From contig JBMNFY010000001.1 of the NCBI GenBank assembly GCA_050949565.1, positions 128,001-192,000 of the forward strand: 64,000 nucleotides of DNA, written 5' to 3'. The translations under genes were made by a program, and so were the position numbers. This document shows, piece after piece, positions 10,612-20,830 of the stretch (position 1 is its first letter; each line of letters begins with the position of its first letter). The notes beneath the pieces were generated by a model. That model did no database searches. It saw nothing but the letters and a program-made list of their open reading frames with translations, and was not told the DNA's origin. The stretch comes from Kiritimatiellia bacterium. Lineage in GTDB: Bacteria > Verrucomicrobiota > Kiritimatiellia > RFP12 > UBA1067.

Positions 10612-13600
10612 ACGCGTATTTTAAAAAGTGGAGCCTGGGCTTGTTGGTGGCGGGCGTGGTCGGCGCGAGCCCTGCGGCTGAAGTACGTTTTGATTTCGAG
10701 ACCGGCGACCTGCAAGGCTGGCGGGTGGTGGAGGGGGCGTTCGGACGAATCGTGAGCGACCGGGCGCGCGAGCACCACGGTGGCGGGCCGTATACGAAGG
10801 TCGGTTCGTTTTTCCTCTCCACGCTGGAGAGCGCGGACGGCAAGTATCCGGATGATCGTTTCGAAGGCGTGGTCGAATCGCCGGTTGTGATTCTGGAGGC
10901 CCCGGAGATCACGCTGCGCGTGGGCGGCGGCAAGGGCCCCGATGTCTATGTCGCGCTCTGCACGCTGGACGGCCGCGAGGTGGCTACGGCACGCGGGGGC
11001 GATTCGCAGACTCTTCATGCGCGCAGCATGTCGGTGCCCGCCTGCGTGGGACAGCCGGTCTTTTTCCGTGTGGTGGACCGGGCGAGCGGGGGGTGGGGGC
11101 ATATCACGCTGGATCATGTAGTGTGCCAGGGCCGGATAGACGAGGAGGCCTCGGCGCGGCGCTTCAAGGCGCGTCTGCGTGAGATGGCGCGCGCCGGTAA
11201 CGCGATAACGGTCGAGCGTCTGCGTGCGGGCATCCGCGATTTGGGCGACATGTTCCAAGGGCGTTACCCCGCCGACACGCTGTTGCGGCGGCTCGATACC
11301 TTGGACGAGGATGGCGATCCTGATGCTTTGAACGCTTTTGCGCGCGAGGCACTGGTGCGCGAAAATCCGTTGCTCAACACGACTCCGTTGCTGTTTGTGA
11401 CGCGCAAGCAGTACCGTCGGGATCACCACAACACGGCTACCCTCTTCGTGTCGTGTGAAATCAACGCCCGCAGTTATGACACCGAGGGTGCCTTCAAGGT
11501 TCTGGACGTGCGGCGGGGCACGGTCACGACCCTCTTCGCGCCGGGGCCGGGCGTCACCGTTCGGGACCCGGACTTGGATTTCGCGGGCGAGCGGCTGGTG
11601 TTCTCAATGCGCAAAGGACCGCAGGATAACTATCACATCTACACGATGACTGTGGCGGGAACCGAGCTGCGCCAACTCACCTCCGCGCGGGAGGTTGCGG
11701 ATGTCGATCCGATCTGGCTGCCGGACGGCGATATCCTGTTCTCGTCCACGCGCGAGCCGAAGTACTGCATGTGCAACCGGCACATCATGTGCAACCTCTA
11801 CCGCATGAAGGCGGATGGCGCCAACATCCACCAGATTGGGATTTCCACGCTCTTTGAGGGGCACGCTTCCGTGATGCCGGACGGCCGCATCCTCTATGAC
11901 CGCTGGGAGTATGTGGACCGCAACTTCGGCGATGCGCAGGGATTGTGGGTCTGCAATCCCGACGGCACCGGCCATGCACTCTACTGGGGGAATAATACGA
12001 CAAGCCCCGGCGGCGTGATCGATGCACGCACGCTGTCGCAATCCCACTTGGCGATTGCGGTCTTCGGCTCCTGCCACGACCGTCCTTGGGGTGCCTTGGG
12101 TCTGATCGACCGTTCGCGCGGTGTCGACGGACTTGAACCGGTGCTCCGCACGTGGCCGGCGGCCTTTACCAACCGTATCAAGACCGCCGGGCAGGATTTC
12201 GACTCGACGGTCCGGCTGACCTGCAAATACGAAGATCCACATCCATTGGACGACCGCCATTTCCTGTGCTCCCGCCAAACCAGACGCGGCGAGGAGATGG
12301 GGCTCTACTATCTGGACCTGTTCGGCAACGAGGTGCTGGTGCACGCCGAAGCGCCGGGCTGTTACGATCCTTTGCCGTTGCGCCCGCGCCCCGCCCCGCC
12401 TGTGTTGCCGTGTCGGCGCACCTTTGAGCACCCGAATGCCGCCGGACGCTTCTATCTGCAGAACGTCTACATCGGTACGCACATGCAGGGTGTCAAGCCG
12501 GGGTCCGTCAAATACCTGCGGGTTATCGAGTCGCCCGAGAAACGCAATTGGTCGGAACGCGCATGGCATGGCCAGGGCGAGCAGGCTCCCGCGATGAATT
12601 GGCACAACTTCGAGAATAAGCGCATCCTCGGTACCGTGCCGGTCGAGTCGGACGGCAGCGCCTATTTCGAAGTGCCCGGCAACACTTTTGTCTTTTTCCA
12701 GGCACTCGACGAAAACGGCATGATGATCCAGTCCATGCGCTCGGGCGCTTACGTGCAGCCCGGCGAGACCTACGGTTGCGTGGGGTGCCATGAAAACCGC
12801 GTAGGCGATATCCCGCCGGTCACGACGCCGCCGTTGGCGATGCGGCGCAAGCCCGACACGCTGAAAGGCTGGTACGGTCCTCCGCGCATCTTCTCGTTCC
12901 AAAAAGAGGTGCAGCCGATATTCGACCGCCATTGCGTTACCTGCCACGACTACGGCAAGAAGGCGGGCGAACGCCTGAATCTGTCGGGCGACCGCGATTC
13001 GGTCTTCTGCACCTCGTATGTGGACCTGTGGGCGCTGGGCGTGATCACCTGCGTAGGCGGCGGTCCAGCCGAGGTGCAACAGGCTTATTCGTGGGGCAGC
13101 CATCCGTCGCGACTGATCCAGAAAGTACGCTCGGGGCACGGCAAGGTCGCGTCGAACGCCGAGGTGCTGGATCGCCTGATCACATGGGTCGACTTGAACG
13201 CCCCGTATTATCCGGAGTACGCCTCCGCCTATCCGCAAAATCTGGGCGGGCGCAGTCCGCTGACGATGGCGGAAGTGGATCGCTTGAAGGTGTTAACGGG
13301 CGTGCAGATATCCGACAAGTTTAGTGCGCGGCAACGTGCGCAGCTCTCCTTTGCACGACCGGAACGGAGCCGCATTTTGGCTGGCGCGACCAACGACGCC
13401 GCACGCGCCGAAGCGCTGGCATTGATACAGGAGGGCGCACGACGGTTGCGCGACAAACCGCGTGCGGACATGGACGGTTTTGCGGCTTGCGTCCGGGATC
13501 AGGCGCGCGAGGCGGTATATCAGGCGCGGTGGGAGCGCGAGTTGCGCGCCTACGCGGCGATACGCGAGGGACGTCGTGTTTACGACGAGGAACAACAAAC

Positions 13601-13622
13601 ACCTGAGGAGGCGACACAATGA
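10608..13622 (+). CDS. Secreted HzsA-related protein: N-terminal glycan-binding-like module, TolB-like propeller, HZS-alpha middle domain and two c-type heme motifs
   Basis: DPIWLPDGDILFSSTR, GRILYDRWEYVD and KRILGTVPVESDGSAYFEVP...FFQALDENGM..QSMRS...QPGE. CxxCH motifs CVGCH and CVTCH. Signal peptide. ATGA overlap with uvrB. Confidence 0.85.
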
Positions 13623-14905
13623 CAACAATTTCACGGCGCGGGTTCTGCCGCGCATTGGCGGGTGCAGGAGCTGTGGCGCAGATGTCTGCGACCGCGCGCG
13701 GCGAGGAGAAGGCGCAAACAATCAAGCTGGGCGTGATCGGCTGCGGCTGGTATGGGATGGTCAACGTGCGGGCGGCATTCAAGGCCGGCGGCGTTGAGGT
13801 CGTCGCGGTGTGTGATGTCGACAGCGAGCATCTGCGGATCGCGGCCGAAGAGGTCGCCAAGCTCCAGGGGCGGCCGCCGCGGACCTTCAAGCACTACGAG
13901 GAACTGCTGCAAGTCGAGGGATTAGATGCCGTGATCATCGCGACGCCGCCGCAGTGGCATGCGCTGCAATTCATTGCTGCGGTCGGACGTAAACTTGACG
14001 TCTACTGCGAAAAGCCGCTGGCTTATGATGTGCGCGAATGCCGCGCCATGGTGGATGCCGCGCGTGCCAGCGGGCGCATCGTCCAAGTGGGCTTTCAGCG
14101 ACGCCAGAGTCCCGCGTTTCAGGCGGTGCGCGACTATCTGCGCGAAGGCAAAGCGGGACGGCTCATTTGCGCCGAGGCCGCCATCCACTACACGGCGGGT
14201 GTCAAGGATCCGTCGCCGCAGACGCCGCCAGCTTCGCTCGACTGGGATTTGTGGTGCGGACCAGCGCCGCTGATTCCGTACAGCCCGCAGGTCGGACATA
14301 AAAGCTGGCGGCTGGAGCAGACCACCGGTCACGGTCACTTGGTCGACTGGGGCATTCATCTGATTGATGCGGCGCGCATGATTCTCGGTGCGGACGAACC
14401 GCGTTCGGTGTCGGCGACGGGCGGCCTGTATGCGCTCAAGGGGAGGATCACCACGCCGGACGTGCTGACCGCGCACTTCGATTTCGATGGATGCCCGTTA
14501 ACGTGGCGGCACCGCATCTGGGGTGCCACGGAATACGCGCCGGAGGTCTCGAACGGCATCTTCTTCTACGGGGATCAGCAGACGGTGTTCGTCACGGACA
14601 ACCGTTGGGTGGTCATCCCGAAAGGCAAGAACGCAGAGCGTCAGGAGCACACCGTCAAGGCGGATGCCGGAACGTTGCACGTGGCCGAGTTTCTCAACGC
14701 CGTGCGGACGCGCCAAGCGCCGGGTTGCCCGATTGAAGAGGGGGCAAAATCCACCGTCGCCGTCAAGCTTGCCATGATCGCATACGAGACAGGGCGGCGG
14801 GTCGATTGGGACGCGGCGGCGCAGTCCGTGGGCGACAACAAAGAAGCCGCCGCACGGCTCCTGCGCCCCTACCGGGCACCTTGGAAACATCCTTTTACAG
14901 CGTGA
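13619..14905 (+). CDS. Gfo/Idh/MocA-family oxidoreductase with Tat-like signal
   Basis: SRRGF, GVIGCGWYG, IATPPQWH, YCEKP, QVGFQRR and DWGIHLID motifs. Coupled to the upstream gene by an ATGA overlap. Confidence 0.92.
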   Translation: MTTISRRGFCRALAGAGAVAQMSATARGEEKAQTIKLGVIGCGWYGMVNVRAAFKAGGVEVVAVCDVDSEHLRIAAEEVAKLQGRPPRTFKHYEELLQVEGLDAVIIATPPQWHALQFIAAVGRKLDVYCEKPLAYDVRECRAMVDAARASGRIVQVGFQRRQSPAFQAVRDYLREGKAGRLICAEAAIHYTAGVKDPSPQTPPASLDWDLWCGPAPLIPYSPQVGHKSWRLEQTTGHGHLVDWGIHLIDAARMILGADEPRSVSATGGLYALKGRITTPDVLTAHFDFDGCPLTWRHRIWGATEYAPEVSNGIFFYGDQQTVFVTDNRWVVIPKGKNAERQEHTVKADAGTLHVAEFLNAVRTRQAPGCPIEEGAKSTVAVKLAMIAYETGRRVDWDAAAQSVGDNKEAAARLLRPYRAPWKHPFTA

Positions 14906-15285
14906 CGCACGCTAAGGTACAAAGGGCACGAAGGTTTTTGGATGGCATGGTTCGGGTTTTGGGAACCACAGAGAGCACAGAGGGAACAGAGGTTTTTTTG
15001 GGGCAGTGCTCGGGTTTGTTTAACCACGGAATACACTGAACACACAGAAAGGCATGGGTTCGGTTGTTTCACGCGAAGGCGCGAAGATCGTGCGCTTCTG
15101 ATGAAGGGGTTATGCGTGGGCTTGGGCTCCGCGCACAGCGCGGGAAAAAACGCTCAACGCTCAACGTTCAATTTTCAGCGGCGGGGACGCCCGCGCCCGA
15201 CTGCGCATACGTAAACCACGCACTAAACTCGTACGCCCCCTGTCACTAACCGATTACCCAACCGATTACACCCAACCGATTACGA
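14906..15285. repeat. Mosaic array of several different microrepeat modules separated by a semi-conserved linker
   Basis: Modules cacagag x3, cacggaa/cactgaa/cacagaa, cgcgaag x2, aacgctc x3 and aaccgattac x3. Linkers resemble TTTTTGGGGCAGTGCTCGGGTTT. Confidence 0.8.
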
Positions 15286-15337
15286 ATTGCAGAGTCGCCG
15301 TCCTTGTGTTAATTTTAGGCTGTTTTGGAGGATTGGC

Positions 15338-15556
15338 ATGCAGGTGACGCTACCATTGGATAGAATGACGACACTAGAAAAGCTTCGCGTGATCGAGGAA
15401 GTATGGGATGACCTATGCCGCTCGAAGGAGGATATTCCGTCACCCTCATGGCATGCGGATGTTTTGCGTCTTCGCGAAGAACAGGTTCGCAGTGGTGAAT
15501 CGACCTTTTTAGAACTGAATGAAGCCAAACGAGTGTTGCGAGAGCGACTGGCATGA
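15338..15556 (+). CDS. Putative addiction-module antitoxin
   Basis: MTTLEKLRVIEEVWDDL...PSPSWHADVL..RE...AK..LR. RBS GGAGG. Overlaps the toxin start (ATGA). Confidence 0.85.
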   Translation: MQVTLPLDRMTTLEKLRVIEEVWDDLCRSKEDIPSPSWHADVLRLREEQVRSGESTFLELNEAKRVLRERLA

Positions 15557-15843
15557 GAGTAGAAGTCCTCGCAACTGCCTTGGAAGATCTTGCGAATGGG
15601 TTCCATTTTTATGAAAACCAATCTGAGGGGCTCGGGATGTACTTCGTGGACACCTTGTGGTCCGACATCCATTCGTTGTATGTGTTTGCGGGTATTCATC
15701 CGTTAATTTTCGGCTATTATCGTATGCTCTCGAAACGCTTTCCGTATGCGGTGTACTACAAGATTGAAGACAATGTAGCACGTGTCTGGGCTGTCCTTGA
15801 CTGTAGGCGAGATCCAGCATGGATTCATAAACAATTAATGTGA
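15553..15843 (+). CDS. RelE/ParE-family toxin
   Basis: ALEDL..G..FYE.Q..GLG..F, RMLSKRFPYAVYY and VWAVLDCRRDP motifs. Confidence 0.9.
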   Translation: MRVEVLATALEDLANGFHFYENQSEGLGMYFVDTLWSDIHSLYVFAGIHPLIFGYYRMLSKRFPYAVYYKIEDNVARVWAVLDCRRDPAWIHKQLM

Positions 15844-15849
15844 TCCGCC

Positions 15850-16353
15850 ATGAACATCATCAAAGAACAGCAGGGTGGATACAGTTTCACAAAGGGACTC
15901 GAACGCGCAAAGGCACGACTGGCCTACTGTGAAGAGGGGCTATCAATGGAGACCGCTGCGCGTATCATTGACGCGATGGAGCGTCGTGGCGTCACGCGGA
16001 GTGAGCTGGCTTGCCGCATGGAGGTCAGCCCGGCCTATGTCACCAAAATACTTCGCGGCCACGCCAACCTCAGCTTAGAGAGTCTTGCAAAAGTGGCGTT
16101 TGCCCTAGACCTAAAATGGGAATGTCTCCTCATCCCCAAAGATTCCAGAATCGGTGTCCTGTCCTTGACTGACAATGCTGGCAGTGCGACCATTTGTACC
16201 GTCGAAACCGCCACTCGGGAGGGGCGCGGGAGTGCGCCTGAACTAGGCGACAAGGCTACCTCGCGCGTACAATGTGTGCGGGAAACGGCTTCTAAGTATC
16301 CGCGGTCGAGAAAGGGCAAACCGCCAAGACGCCACGAACGCCAAGAGGGATAG
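15850..16353 (+). CDS. XRE-family HTH protein (antitoxin-like); 3' end runs into a microrepeat
   Basis: MERRGVTRSELACRMEVSPAYVTKILRGHANLSLESLAKVAFALD. The tail includes the ccgccaag/cgccacg/cgccaag module at about 16321-16346. Confidence 0.8.
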   Translation: MNIIKEQQGGYSFTKGLERAKARLAYCEEGLSMETAARIIDAMERRGVTRSELACRMEVSPAYVTKILRGHANLSLESLAKVAFALDLKWECLLIPKDSRIGVLSLTDNAGSATICTVETATREGRGSAPELGDKATSRVQCVRETASKYPRSRKGKPPRRHERQEG

Positions 16354-16431
16354 AGGTTTTTTGTATACGGTCGACTGTAAAGGCTTCCGCCAGCCATATA
16401 TCACATCCTCGCCCCTTTTTCTCTTCGGTTG

Positions 16432-16570
16432 TTTTTCCACACTTTGAAAGGTGTGGAAGTAAAAGAACGATAGCCAACGCAGGTGTTAAAACATCAAAAC
16501 ACCCGCTTTTTACTGCTGTTTATCACACTGTTGGGTTCTTTTTTTCCACACCTTGAAAGGTGTGGAAGTA
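16432..16570. repeat. Two direct copies of a 30-bp palindromic element, 109 bp apart
   Basis: TTTTTCCACAC(T/C)TTGAAAGGTGTGGAAGTA at 16432-16461 and 16541-16570. The second copy forms a perfect 10-bp stem TTCCACACCT-TGAA-AGGTGTGGAA. Confidence 0.85.
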
Positions 16571-16574
16571 GGGC

Positions 16575-16745
16575 GTGTGTTTCTCTGCGGAAGACGGTTC
16601 GTTCGTGGTGGAGGTTCCCGAACTTCCGGGATGTATGGTGGATGGCTCGACCTATCAGGAAGCACTTGCCAACGCGGAACAAATCATCCGCGAATGGGTC
16701 GAAACCGCATCCGCGCTTGGAAGAGCGATCCCCACGCCTCGCCTC
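16575..16745 (+). pseudogene. 5'-truncated HicB-family antitoxin remnant
   Basis: FSAEDGSFVVEVPELPGCMVDGSTYQEALANAEQIIREWVETASALGRAIPTP is a typical HicB core. It lacks the normal start and end, and no hicA is adjacent. Confidence 0.8.
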
Positions 16746-16771
16746 GCGGGTGGCCCAAAGAGGATCCGTCC

Positions 16772-16890
16772 CCGTCACCGCATGGCATTCGGATGTTTTG
16801 CGTCTTCGCGAAGAACAGGTTCGCAGTGGCGAATCGACCTTTTTAGAACTGAATGAAGCCAAACGGGTGTTGCGAGAGCGACTGACATGA
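16772..16890 (+). pseudogene. Duplicated 3' half of the addiction-module antitoxin
   Basis: About 120-bp direct repeat of 15437-15556 with a few substitutions and one indel near its start. Confidence 0.9.
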
Positions 16891-17048
16891 AGTACTAACA
16901 GGGCATACCTTTTTTCTTGGATTTCCACTCGTCCTAGTGTTTACTGTCTGTGTTGAAGATGAGGAGGGATGTTCCATCCGCTGAGAGACAGGAATGGTGT
17001 CCGTTCGATATTCATGTTGGCCGGTCATGAAAAGTCTGGAGGTGTCAG

Positions 17049-20000
17049 ATGTCACGAGCAAGATACAGCAGAAACTGGAGAGGAATGGCGTGGATAGGGG
17101 GGTGTCTGATTTTCGGGGCGGTCGCGGCTCTGAGGGCGTATGCGGAGACCGTCCTTGTGGTCTATTCCGGCGGCAACAAGGAGGTGCGCCAGTTTTCGGT
17201 CGCGAACGGGGTGTGGACGTACGAGAAGGTGTTCGCTTCTGGTTCGTACGAGGGGAAAGCGATGACCCCTGCGGGCGTGGCCAGTGACGGGCGGCGCGTC
17301 TATATCGGAGATATAGCGGCGCGCCGGATTCTTGCATTCGAAGCCGACGGCACGTTTGTGGGCACGGTCACGAATTTCGCCTCGACCTGCATGCCCGACT
17401 GTGTGTTTGCAGCACCGAACGGTTACCTGTACATGAGCGATGCCTTCGGGAGTGCAGGCGATCGCATCTATCGCTTTGACTTGGATACGTGGCAGGGGGG
17501 AGAGTTTATTGCGACCACCGGATGGGGAGAGACATTCAATAATCCGCGCGGTCTGGCGGTCGATGAAAATGGTCTATTGCTTGTCGCCGACCGGAACTCG
17601 AATAAGGTGCGGCGCTTCAATGCGACCGATGGTGCTTATAGCAATATCCTGGCGACTGTGAGCTTGCCGAACGGATTGCCTACGACTTCGTCTCGCGGCG
17701 CGTTGTGTGTACCCCTCAGCAAGGGACGTTGGGTTATCTGGTTGAGATCGAATCCGACGGCACGGTCATACTCCGGTATTCGGACGACCAGACAGCTCCC
17801 AGAATCGGCATCGTCACGATCGGCGAAGATGTGTATTACTCTAGCTACAACGATAACAAAGTCTTTCGGGTCCGCCCGGACGGCACACGTACGGTCGCGG
17901 TGGATGCGCAGTCGGATGTCAGCCAGCCGATGTATATGACGGTGGTGCCGGATCATTCGCTCGTTCCTGAAAACGGTTTGATCGCGCACTGGCGCTTTAA
18001 CGAAGGTGCAAACGCGCCGTTGTTGGCATCCTCCATCGGGCCGACGGGTTATCGTGAGATCGATGCCCAGGGATATCTGCAAAGCGGGGCAACCGGCGTG
18101 GAAGGCGGCGCGGTCTGGTTCAATGATTATAGCTTTGGGGTGATCCGGGATTCCAAGCTCTTGATTCCCGCGACAAACGATTTCAGTGTGTTCCTATGGG
18201 CGGGAGCATCCACGGAAGGCAGCGGGCAACGGCATGTGTTTTCGCAAAACAACGGCCAAGCCGGACGGTGCGAGTTGGGCTATGACTTCGACAGCGGTTC
18301 CGCGCGGAAGCTTTTTTGGTGGCATGCGAATGGGCCGACCTTGATCTCCGCTAACGACGCGCGTGACGGAGTATGGCATCACATCGGCGTGATCCGTCGC
18401 GGCGACCAGATGGAGTTGTGGTTGGACGGTGTCATGGAGGCCAGTGCGGTCATGACGGCGTCGATTGACCAGTCTCTCGATTGGCGTTTGGGTCGTGCCG
18501 TGTATCCGCAGTTTTACCTGAATTCCGGCGTGTTCATGGATGATTTGCGCGTGTATGACCGGGCACTCTCCAGCGCCGACGTGACGGCGCTCTACACGCT
18601 CTACACCTCGTCGCCGTCGACCTTGCCGGTCCCTGTCCGGCCTGCGTTGCCGGTTCCAGATTTAACCGCGGTCGAGTCTGAGTTGACTGCGGTCGTTGTG
18701 GGACATCAGCCACGCATTGCGAGCCCGGTCGGATCGCCGTCTCTTTTGCTGATGTCGGGCGGCGTTATGTTGGCCGCGTATGATGTCTGCGGCGGTGCGG
18801 GTATTACGCGGGTCTGCCGTTCAACGGATGGCGGCGCAGTGTGGACGCAAATCGCGGAACTCACGGGATTGGTGCATGCCTCGCTATTCGAGGAGGGCGG
18901 CGCGCTTTATCTGCTGGGGACATCCGATGTGCTGGGCTCCGTGCGCATTCACCGATCGACGGATGGCGGTGCCACGTGGTCGGCGGGATCGACAATCTCG
19001 CCGAACGCATCCTTTCACATGGCGGCTGGACCGGTCGTAGTGCATGACGGACGTGTGTGGAAGGCGGCCGAAGATCAAACTGAGCAAGGGTGGCAACCGG
19101 ACCGGGCGCGTGTGCGCATGCTCTCGGCGCCGGTCGGTTGCGATCTGATGGCGGCTACGAACTGGACGGTGTCTGATCCGCTGTCTCGTAGCGGGTGGAA
19201 TGTCAACCGTCGTCTGACCGGATGGTTGGATGGCAATGCGCTCGTGGACAAGAACGGCGGGCTCGTCACGCTCATGAGCGTACGTCATAACCGTGGCGGC
19301 ATGGCGGAGGTGGCGGCGTATGTGCCCGTGACGACGGCAAGTTCGGCACCTGGCTTCAATCTGGATACGGGGTTTGTCATGTTGCCCGGCGCGGCGAAGC
19401 CGTTCATGGTCCGGTATGACGCTGTGTCGGGCCTTTACTGGACGCTGACGAGCGCGGTCGCCCCGTCCGAGAACGAAATCGGCAGGGTTTTGCCGGAGAA
19501 TATCTGTCATAGGCTGGCGGTGTATTCATCGCACAATCTGCATGATTGGTGTCTGCGCGATGTGTTGTTCGAACGGCCTGAGTACGGCAGGGACGGTTTT
19601 CTGCAGGCGTCGTTTTCGTTTTCCGGGGATGATCTGGTGGTTCTGTTCGCCGCCGCGTATGCCGACGGTTTGTCCGGTCCGCGTTCGGCAGTCGAACCGA
19701 ACATGGTGCTGGTTAAACGGATCGCCGGTTTCCGCTCCCTGCCGGTTGACGAGGGCGATGCGCGTGTGCTGGTGGCCGACACGGGATTGAACCGCGTGAT
19801 GCGCTACAGTTTAAACAGCTTGGGGCAGTGGTGCGACGACAACGTGTTTGCGGATGGCCTTTCGGCGCCTTACGGGTTGGCGCTGTTCGGAGAGACGGTG
19901 TATGTGACCGAGCGCGTGGCTGGGGGACGTCTGCTCGCCTACACGCTCAAGGGACGTTTGCAGCGGACGGTCACAACCTTTGCGTCGGACAGCACGCCGG

Positions 20001-20617
20001 GAGCGCTTGAAGCCGCGCCGGACGGGATGTTGTTTGTGTCGTTGATCTCGGCGGTAAGCGGTGACAAGGTGGTCAAGGTGAATCCGGCCAATGGCGCGGT
20101 CAGTGTGTTTATCGATACGACCGGATGGGGTGCTACGCTTGTCGATCCGCGTGGGTTGTCCTGTGACGAAACAGGGAACCTCTACGTTGCCACGCAGTTT
20201 CAGAGCGGCAATACCCAAGGATATTTCAGGAAGTTTTCGCCGACGGGAGTTTTGTTGGAAACCTCACGGATGCACGATCAACCCCGAGGAGTGTTCTATG
20301 ATGCCGCTGGACCGCGCGTCATCGGTTCGGTTTACGGGGCCTGCGATGTCATGTCGCTGCCGTTACCGCTCGGCGATGCCTTCTCGAAAATCGGTGATTA
20401 CAACGTCTGGACCAAGTTTTACGACATCAATATCGTGGACGGACAGGTGTGCTATACGGATTTCGATTATGGCATGGTGCATATTATTCGCAGCACGTTG
20501 ACTGCGCAGGGAACGGTCGCTCTCGGGCTCAAGAATCCGGCGGAACTGTTGCTGATTCCTGAGGGCGCGAAAGCTTGGCCGGACATCGGGTCGGGGACGC
20601 TGATCCGTTTGAAGTGA
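17049..20617 (+). pseudogene. Large secreted multidomain protein (NHL-like propeller, LamG, BNR/sialidase-like, propeller) split by a 1-bp frameshift near 17678
   Basis: ORFs 17049-17939 and 17705-20617 join as ...PNGLAYDFVSRRVVCTPQQG if TTGCC is TTGGCC. LamG motif MDDLRVYDRALS, Asp-boxes STDGGAVW and STDGGATW. Ends GSGTLIRLK. Confidence 0.8.
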
Positions 20618-20680
20618 GTTGAATCAAGGGGCAATCATGAGATTTGCTGGCGGTTGATGTGGCCTTTGGTTCGCGAATGA

Positions 20681-20779
20681 CGCTCTACCGTCTTAGACGG
20701 CGACGGGAAGTCGGATCTGCTGATCGGGGCGGGGGACGGCAAGGTTTACGGGTTTCTACACAAGGAGCTCGAATGGTGA
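20681..20779 (+). pseudogene. 3' remnant of an FG-GAP/VCBS-repeat gene
   Basis: Reads LDGDGKSDLLIGAGDGKVYGFLHKELEW* with an in-frame stop immediately upstream and no start codon. Not in the ORF track. Confidence 0.7.
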
Positions 20780-20830
20780 CAGCACGGCGCATACACGAGG
20801 CGCGATGTAAACGGCGAGGAAAGGAGTGAC

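Noticed and set aside
14906-15285. CRISPR array interpretation of the linker-spacer mosaics (also 60832-61057)
   Set aside because: The repeats are degenerate and unevenly spaced, the spacers are low-complexity tandem repeats rather than unique sequence, and no cas genes are in the window.
15437-16890. Diversity-generating retroelement TR/VR pair
   Set aside because: The differences between the two ~120-bp copies (G/T, T/C, A/G, G/A and an indel) are not adenine-specific, and no reverse transcriptase is present.
16483-16890. 135-aa ORF as a real gene
   Set aside because: It is a chimeric frame that crosses a palindrome and the hicB remnant out of frame, and picks up the duplicated antitoxin end.
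15338-16890. Classical integron cassette array
   Set aside because: No convincing attC sites (RYYYAAC...GTTRRRY) and no IntI integrase were seen.
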